From an uncultured Bacteroidales bacterium (lineage in GTDB: Bacteria > Bacteroidota > Bacteroidia > Bacteroidales > UBA932), in the NCBI GenBank assembly GCA_947305645.1, contig CAMZEC010000001.1:44880-108879 (forward strand): DNA of 64,000 bases, in the 5' to 3' direction. Both the position numbers and the translations under genes were made by a program. Numbering within the stretch: the first letter of the stretch is position 1; every line of letters starts with the position of its first letter. Positions 58,613 through 64,000 of the stretch are shown here, one piece after another. The notes under the pieces were generated by a model that was not told the origin of the DNA, did no database searches, and saw only the letters and a program-made list of their open reading frames with translations.

Positions 58613-60928
58613 ATGGAGCCTAATTTAGTGATAGTAGAGTCGCCGGCAAAGGCGAAAACCATTCAGAAGTATCTTGGAGAAGGGTTTTTGGTGAAGTCCA
58701 GCTTCGGACACATCCGCGACCTCCAGGAGAAGAGCCTGAGTATTGATATAAACGATAATTTCAAGCCCGAGTACGTGATCCCCTCCGAGAAAAAGAGGGT
58801 GGTAAGCGAGCTGAAGAAGCTCTCCGAGGGCGCATCTCTGGTGTGGCTCGCTTCCGATGAGGACCGCGAGGGTGAGGCGATTTCCTGGCATCTTACAGAG
58901 ACTCTCGGCCTGCCTCCGCAGAAGACCCGCCGCATAGTGTTTCACGAAATCACCAAGGATGCCATACTTCATGCCGTAGAGAACCCCAGGTCCCTGGATA
59001 TGGACCTGGTAAACGCACAACAGGCCCGCCGTGTGCTGGACCGCCTCGTCGGTTTCGAGCTCTCGCCGGTGCTGTGGCGCAAGATCCAGAGGGGTCTTTC
59101 CGCCGGCCGCGTGCAGTCGGTGGTGCTTCGCCTGGTGGTCGACCGCGAGCGTGAGATTGCCGCTTTCGACCCTCAGCCGTACTACCGTGTCGAGGCCGTT
59201 TTCAAGATAGACGGCATAAAGGCCAAAGCTTTGCTGGACAAGCGTTTCGACGATTATGCCCAGGCCCGCAAGTTCCTCGAGGACTGCGTCGGCGCCAGCT
59301 ATAAAGTGGCCTCTGTAGACAGCAAGGAAGGTGTCAAGGTGCCACAGCCGCCTTTCACCACCTCCACACTCCAGCAGGAGGCCGCCCGCAAGCTGCATCT
59401 CCCAGTCAACGTAACCATGCGCATAGCCCAGTCGCTCTACGAGCGCGGACTCATCACATACATGCGTACCGACTCCACCAACCTGTCGTCGCTTGCTGTA
59501 AACACGGCCAAGACTTTCATCAACGACAACTTCGGCCCGGAGTATTCCCGCCCCCGTCAGTACAAGACCCGCTCCAAGGGCGCCCAGGAGGCCCACGAGG
59601 CAATACGCCCGACCTTTATAGGCAATCCCGACATCGAGGGCTCCGCCCAGGACAGGAAGCTCTACCAGCTTATCTGGAAGCGTACCGTGGCGTCGCAGAT
59701 GGCCGAGGCGCGCGTGCTCAACACCGCCGTCCGCGTGTCCGTGGACAAGCGCGCCGAGCAATATGTGATGCAGTCCGTGCAGGTGCTCTTCGACGGCTTC
59801 CTCAAGCTCTACCGCGAGGGCGCCGACGACGAGGAGGAGACCTTCGACGAGGAGGTCGAGCTGCCGCAGGTGACTGTTGGCCAGATCCTTACCGCCGAGC
59901 GCGTGGACGCCGAGTGCAAGTACACCCAGGCTCCCTTCCGCTACTCTGAGCAGACGCTCATCAAGAAGATGGAGGAGCTCGGAATCGGCCGTCCGTCCAC
60001 TTACGCCCCTACCATCAGCACGCTTACCAAGGCCCGCGGCTACCTGGTCAAGGGCGACAAAGACGGACACAAGGTGCAGGTGACCAACCTTACGCTGAAG
60101 GGCAATACGGTGAACGAGACCGCTAAGTCGGAGGTTGTAGGTGCGGAGAAGGGCAAGCTGCTGCCTACCGACGTGGGCATACTTGTGACCGATTACCTCA
60201 CCGGCAGCTTCCCGGATATCATGGACTACGACTTTACGGCCAACGTAGAGAAGGACTTCGACCAGATAGCCGACGGCAAGAAGCAGTGGGACAAAGTGAT
60301 ATCCAAGTTCTACGCCCCCTTCCACGTGAAGGTGGACGCGGCAGTCAGCGACCATAAGTACAGCCACCTGGAGAGGGAAATCGGCATCGATCCCACCGAC
60401 GGGCAGATGATTACCGCCCGCCTCGGGCAGTTCGGTCCCTACGTGCAGAAGGGCGAGGGCGCCAACCGCATGTTCGTGAGCCTCGGCAAGGGGCAGATAA
60501 TCGAGAATCTGACGCTGGAAGAGGCCGTCAAGCTCTTCAACCTGCCGCGCACCATAGGCGAGTACGAGGGCAAGGATATAGTGGCCACCAAGGGCCGCTT
60601 CGGACCGTACCTCAAGTGGGGCGACCAGAACGTGTCGCTGCCCCGCGGCAAGGACCCCCTGACCGTCGGCCTGGACGACTGCATCGCCCTCATCAAGGCG
60701 GACGCAATCAAGAAAGAGGCGGTTGTGACCCCCCTGAAGGAATGGCCCGCCAGCGGTATAAGCGTCATAAACGGCCGCTACGGTCCTTACATCAAGCACG
60801 AGAACAACAATTACCGCATCCCCAAGAACATGAGCGCCGAGTCGCTTACCGAGGAGCTGTGCAAGGAAATAATCTCCGGCTCGGAGCCAACCTCCCATAA
60901 GGGCCGCCGTTATACTAAAAAGAAGTAA
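58613..60928 (+). CDS. topA: DNA topoisomerase I
   Basis: VIVESPAKAKTI, ASDEDREGEAI, SAGRVQS, LITYMRTDS; C-terminal G.FGPY repeats. Confidence 0.97.
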   Translation: MEPNLVIVESPAKAKTIQKYLGEGFLVKSSFGHIRDLQEKSLSIDINDNFKPEYVIPSEKKRVVSELKKLSEGASLVWLASDEDREGEAISWHLTETLGLPPQKTRRIVFHEITKDAILHAVENPRSLDMDLVNAQQARRVLDRLVGFELSPVLWRKIQRGLSAGRVQSVVLRLVVDREREIAAFDPQPYYRVEAVFKIDGIKAKALLDKRFDDYAQARKFLEDCVGASYKVASVDSKEGVKVPQPPFTTSTLQQEAARKLHLPVNVTMRIAQSLYERGLITYMRTDSTNLSSLAVNTAKTFINDNFGPEYSRPRQYKTRSKGAQEAHEAIRPTFIGNPDIEGSAQDRKLYQLIWKRTVASQMAEARVLNTAVRVSVDKRAEQYVMQSVQVLFDGFLKLYREGADDEEETFDEEVELPQVTVGQILTAERVDAECKYTQAPFRYSEQTLIKKMEELGIGRPSTYAPTISTLTKARGYLVKGDKDGHKVQVTNLTLKGNTVNETAKSEVVGAEKGKLLPTDVGILVTDYLTGSFPDIMDYDFTANVEKDFDQIADGKKQWDKVISKFYAPFHVKVDAAVSDHKYSHLEREIGIDPTDGQMITARLGQFGPYVQKGEGANRMFVSLGKGQIIENLTLEEAVKLFNLPRTIGEYEGKDIVATKGRFGPYLKWGDQNVSLPRGKDPLTVGLDDCIALIKADAIKKEAVVTPLKEWPASGISVINGRYGPYIKHENNNYRIPKNMSAESLTEELCKEIISGSEPTSHKGRRYTKKK

Positions 60929-60930
60929 TC

Positions 60931-61422
60931 ATGGGTAATTATCATCTGGACGAGACGGACAGGAAGATCCTCTACTTTTTAGTCAACAATGCCCGTATGC
61001 CTTATCTGGAGATTGCGCGCGAATGCGGCATCTCAGGAGCGGCTGTACACCAGCGCGTGAAGAAGCTGGAAGACAACGGAGTAATTACAGGTTCGCAGAT
61101 GCTGGTAAAGCCCGGCACCCTGGGCCTGAACGTGTGCGCATTCATTAGCATTTCTTTGTCTGAAGATAATAAGTATCAGGAGGTTACCGAGGCTCTGAAG
61201 CATATTCCAGAGGTTGTGGAGTGCCACTTCGTAACCGGCCGCGCGGCCCTGCTCCTGAAGCTCTACTGCATAGACAACGACCACCTGATGGAAACGCTCC
61301 TCAACACCATCCAGCGTATCCCTTACGTGCAGTCTACAGACACTATGCTGTCCCTGGACCAGGCGTTCGAGCGCCAGGTATGGGTTAAGGACTTTAAGTC
61401 GACGACTTTCAGGAATCTTTAA
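60931..61422 (+). CDS. Lrp/AsnC family transcriptional regulator
   Basis: LD..D.KIL..L..NAR.PY.EIARECG.S..AVHQR, IPEVVECH..TG. Confidence 0.9.
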   Translation: MGNYHLDETDRKILYFLVNNARMPYLEIARECGISGAAVHQRVKKLEDNGVITGSQMLVKPGTLGLNVCAFISISLSEDNKYQEVTEALKHIPEVVECHFVTGRAALLLKLYCIDNDHLMETLLNTIQRIPYVQSTDTMLSLDQAFERQVWVKDFKSTTFRNL

Positions 61423-62083
61423 TTATCGCCCGGGCGAGAACGAGATCCTCCGGCGTAGTGATTTTTAGGTTGAATCGCTCGCCGGGGGTCGTTTCTACGT
61501 GAATGCCGGCACGTTCGGCCACGGATGCATCGTCCGTGAAAGCGGGGTCGTAGGGCTGCCGGTAGGCCTCCTTGAGCAGTTCGGACCAGAAGATCTGTGG
61601 TGTCTGCACGGCGCAGATGAGGTTGCGGTCGGGAACCGTTACGCCCTCCCTGGCGGGCCGAAGGGTGTCGACCACCGGTACCACGGGAATCAGCGCCCGG
61701 CAGGTCTCCATCTTCCCCAGCATGTCTCGTATCAGTTTCTCGGTAAACAGCGGCCGCACGCCGTCTTGAATGGCCACTATGGCTCCGTCGGGCACCTTCT
61801 CCAGGGCGTTCTGGACGGAGTGGAAACGGGTCATGCCGCCTTTTACCAGGGTCTGGCTGAAAGTCACCCCGCGCTCAAGGCACATTTTGGACCATAGAGA
61901 GATGTAGCGTTCCGGCAGGACGGTGATTACGTGAGCCCCGTTGCACGCATCCAGAAAGCGCTCGATGGAGCGCTGCAGAACAGGCGTTCCTTCAAGGTCC
62001 ATGAACTGTTTGGGCAGGTCTCCGCCCATCCTTGTGCCGCTTCCTCCGGCCACGAAAACTGCGTATACAGGTCTGCTTGTCAT
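61409..62083 (-). CDS. ispD: 2-C-methyl-D-erythritol 4-phosphate cytidylyltransferase
   Basis: AGGSGTRMG...PKQF, DGVRP, VQTPQ.F, FTDDAS, NLKITTPEDL. Confidence 0.93.
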   Translation of the reverse strand: MTSRPVYAVFVAGGSGTRMGGDLPKQFMDLEGTPVLQRSIERFLDACNGAHVITVLPERYISLWSKMCLERGVTFSQTLVKGGMTRFHSVQNALEKVPDGAIVAIQDGVRPLFTEKLIRDMLGKMETCRALIPVVPVVDTLRPAREGVTVPDRNLICAVQTPQIFWSELLKEAYRQPYDPAFTDDASVAERAGIHVETTPGERFNLKITTPEDLVLARAIIKDS

Positions 62084-62166
62084 TTTGATGCAATCTCTAA
62101 CAAAAGTAATGGTTTTATTTGGAATTTTACTTAATTTTGTACGAATATCCGATAATATCCAAGCTT

Positions 62167-63192
62167 ATGGCATTTTCATTCCTAAACCAAGAATTAGCCA
62201 TTGACCTCGGTACCGCCAATACCGTCATCTACCAGAACAGCCAGATAGTGCTGGACGAGCCGAGCATAGTAGCTATAGACAATCATAGCGGCAAGTGCAT
62301 AGCCATAGGCCAGAAGGCTAAACTCATGCACGAGCGCAACAATCCCGGCATACGGACCGTCCGCCCTCTGAGGGACGGCGTGATTGCCGACTTCAACGCT
62401 GCGGAGATGATGATTCGCGGCTTCATCAAGCAGGTGAACAGCAAGCACCACAGCCTCTTTACCCCCAACCTGAAAGTGGTGGTGGGCATCCCTTCCGGCT
62501 CTACGGAAGTGGAAATCAGGGCCGTGCGTGACTCCACCGAGCATGCCGGCGGACGCGACGTGTACCTCATTTTCGAGCCGATGGCCTCCGCCCTGGGTAT
62601 AGGTCTGGAAGTGGAGAAGCCCATAGGAAACATGGTGGTCGACATAGGCGGCGGCACCACGGAAATAGCCGTCATCTCCCTGGGCGGCCTGGTGTTTCAG
62701 GACAGCATTCGTACTGCGGGAGACGTGTTTACCGCCGACATACAGCAGTACCTGCGCCAGCAGCACAACATCCGCGTGGGTGAAATCACCGCAGAGAAGA
62801 TCAAGATAGCCGTCGGTGCAGTGATTCCCGACCTCGACGGAGAAGAGCCGGAGCCCTTCGTCGTACGTGGTCCGAACCTCATGACCGCACACCCCGTGGA
62901 GGCTACCATCACCCATCAGGAGATTGCCCACTGCCTGGACAAGTCCGTGGCAAAAATCGAGGCGTCCATACTCCATGTGCTGGAGAACACCCCGCCCGAG
63001 CTTTATTCGGACATCGTGGAGAACGGTATCTGGCTTTCCGGCGGCGGCGCCCAGCTGCGCGGTCTTGCAAAACGTTTTACCGATAAGGTCAACATTCAAT
63101 TCCACGTGTGCGACGACCCTCTTCACGCCGTTGCCCGCGGAACCTGCGAAGCCCTCAAGAACACAGAACGTTACTCATTCCTCATGAGATAA
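62167..63192 (+). CDS. mreB: Rod shape-determining protein MreB
   Basis: IDLGTANT, RPLRDGVIADF, VDIGGGTTEIAVISLGG. Confidence 0.97.
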   Translation: MAFSFLNQELAIDLGTANTVIYQNSQIVLDEPSIVAIDNHSGKCIAIGQKAKLMHERNNPGIRTVRPLRDGVIADFNAAEMMIRGFIKQVNSKHHSLFTPNLKVVVGIPSGSTEVEIRAVRDSTEHAGGRDVYLIFEPMASALGIGLEVEKPIGNMVVDIGGGTTEIAVISLGGLVFQDSIRTAGDVFTADIQQYLRQQHNIRVGEITAEKIKIAVGAVIPDLDGEEPEPFVVRGPNLMTAHPVEATITHQEIAHCLDKSVAKIEASILHVLENTPPELYSDIVENGIWLSGGGAQLRGLAKRFTDKVNIQFHVCDDPLHAVARGTCEALKNTERYSFLMR

Positions 63193-64000
63193 ATGGCACG
63201 GCACGGAAAGTTCTATGCCGGCCTGGCCGTCGCGGCAGTCTTCATACTTCTGGAGATTGCCGCGATGTCTATGCTCAAGCGTTCTTCCGTGCTTCAGGAC
63301 ATCTGGATTAACCGGGCGTCCCATAACGTCATGGCGTGGACCTGGGGAAAAGTGACCGTACTCCGGAACTATCTTTCCCTGCAGAAAGACAATCAGGTGC
63401 TCGCCGGGCGCAACTATGAGCTTTTCAAGGAGCTTCAGCACTACAAGGAAATGGAGCGGGAGCTTAAAGCCATGGCAAAGCTGGATTCCATGGGCTTCCG
63501 CTCGCGTTTTAACTATATCCCGGCGGAAATTACCGCTATGGGCACCAATTCCAGGCACAACTACATCATTCTGGACAAGGGCAGCGACGACGGCGTCAAG
63601 CCCAACAGCGCCATCATTACGCCTTACGGGGTGGTAGGAATGATTTATTCTGTAGACCGCCACTATTCCTACGGCCTCTCGCTGCTTAACGACAGAATCA
63701 GCGTGAGCGCACGCATAGGACGCGAAGGACTGGTTGCCCCCATGAGCTGGGACGGCCACGGAACGGATCGTGCCGTGCTGAGAAACATTCCCCTGCACCT
63801 CTCTGTAGCCGAAGGCGATACCGTGGTCACAAGCGGCCTGTCGACGTTTTATCCTGCAGACATTCCGCTTGGCGTGACCATGGGTTCCAGGCTCGTGGAC
63901 GGTGCCGTGAACGTGGTGGACGTGAATCTTTTCATCGACTTCGCCTCTCTCCGTTACGTCATAATAGCGGAGAATCCTGATCGTCAGACCATAGAAAAGA
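63193..64000 (+). CDS. mreC: Rod shape-determining protein MreC (3' end just outside window)
   Basis: ATG directly after the mreB stop; TM segment, coiled coil, NYIILDKGS.DGV, GDTVVTSG. Confidence 0.9.
   Translation, partial: MARHGKFYAGLAVAAVFILLEIAAMSMLKRSSVLQDIWINRASHNVMAWTWGKVTVLRNYLSLQKDNQVLAGRNYELFKELQHYKEMERELKAMAKLDSMGFRSRFNYIPAEITAMGTNSRHNYIILDKGSDDGVKPNSAIITPYGVVGMIYSVDRHYSYGLSLLNDRISVSARIGREGLVAPMSWDGHGTDRAVLRNIPLHLSVAEGDTVVTSGLSTFYPADIPLGVTMGSRLVDGAVNVVDVNLFIDFASLRYVIIAENPDRQTIEK

Overview
GC-rich Bacteroidales chromosome segment. TAnnTTTG promoters, alpha2 GlyRS, GS III and type V pilin-like genes support that assignment; an RC9/Cryptobacteroides-like host is only an inference. 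Most genes are housekeeping: secDF, glyS, malQ, spt, glnA(III), pheS, murQ, aspA, prmC, ddl, PBP1A, topA, ispD, mreBC and tRNA-Gly. Accessory parts are a decayed Rpn nuclease, a RAYT transposase with ~100-nt double-hairpin repeats, a fimbrillin-M64 protease preceded by a small peptide, a six-gene type V pilus-like operon with a frameshifted first gene, and vapBC. Two observations stand out. (1) An unannotated Gln-rich leader peptide with terminator/antiterminator sits upstream of glutamine synthetase III, a candidate glutamine-sensing ribosome-mediated attenuator. (2) A modular palindromic repeat family with covarying stems is inserted in frame three times inside two protein-coding genes (prmC twice, a U32-family gene once) and also occurs intergenically. 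All protein calls come from motif recognition; no searches were run.
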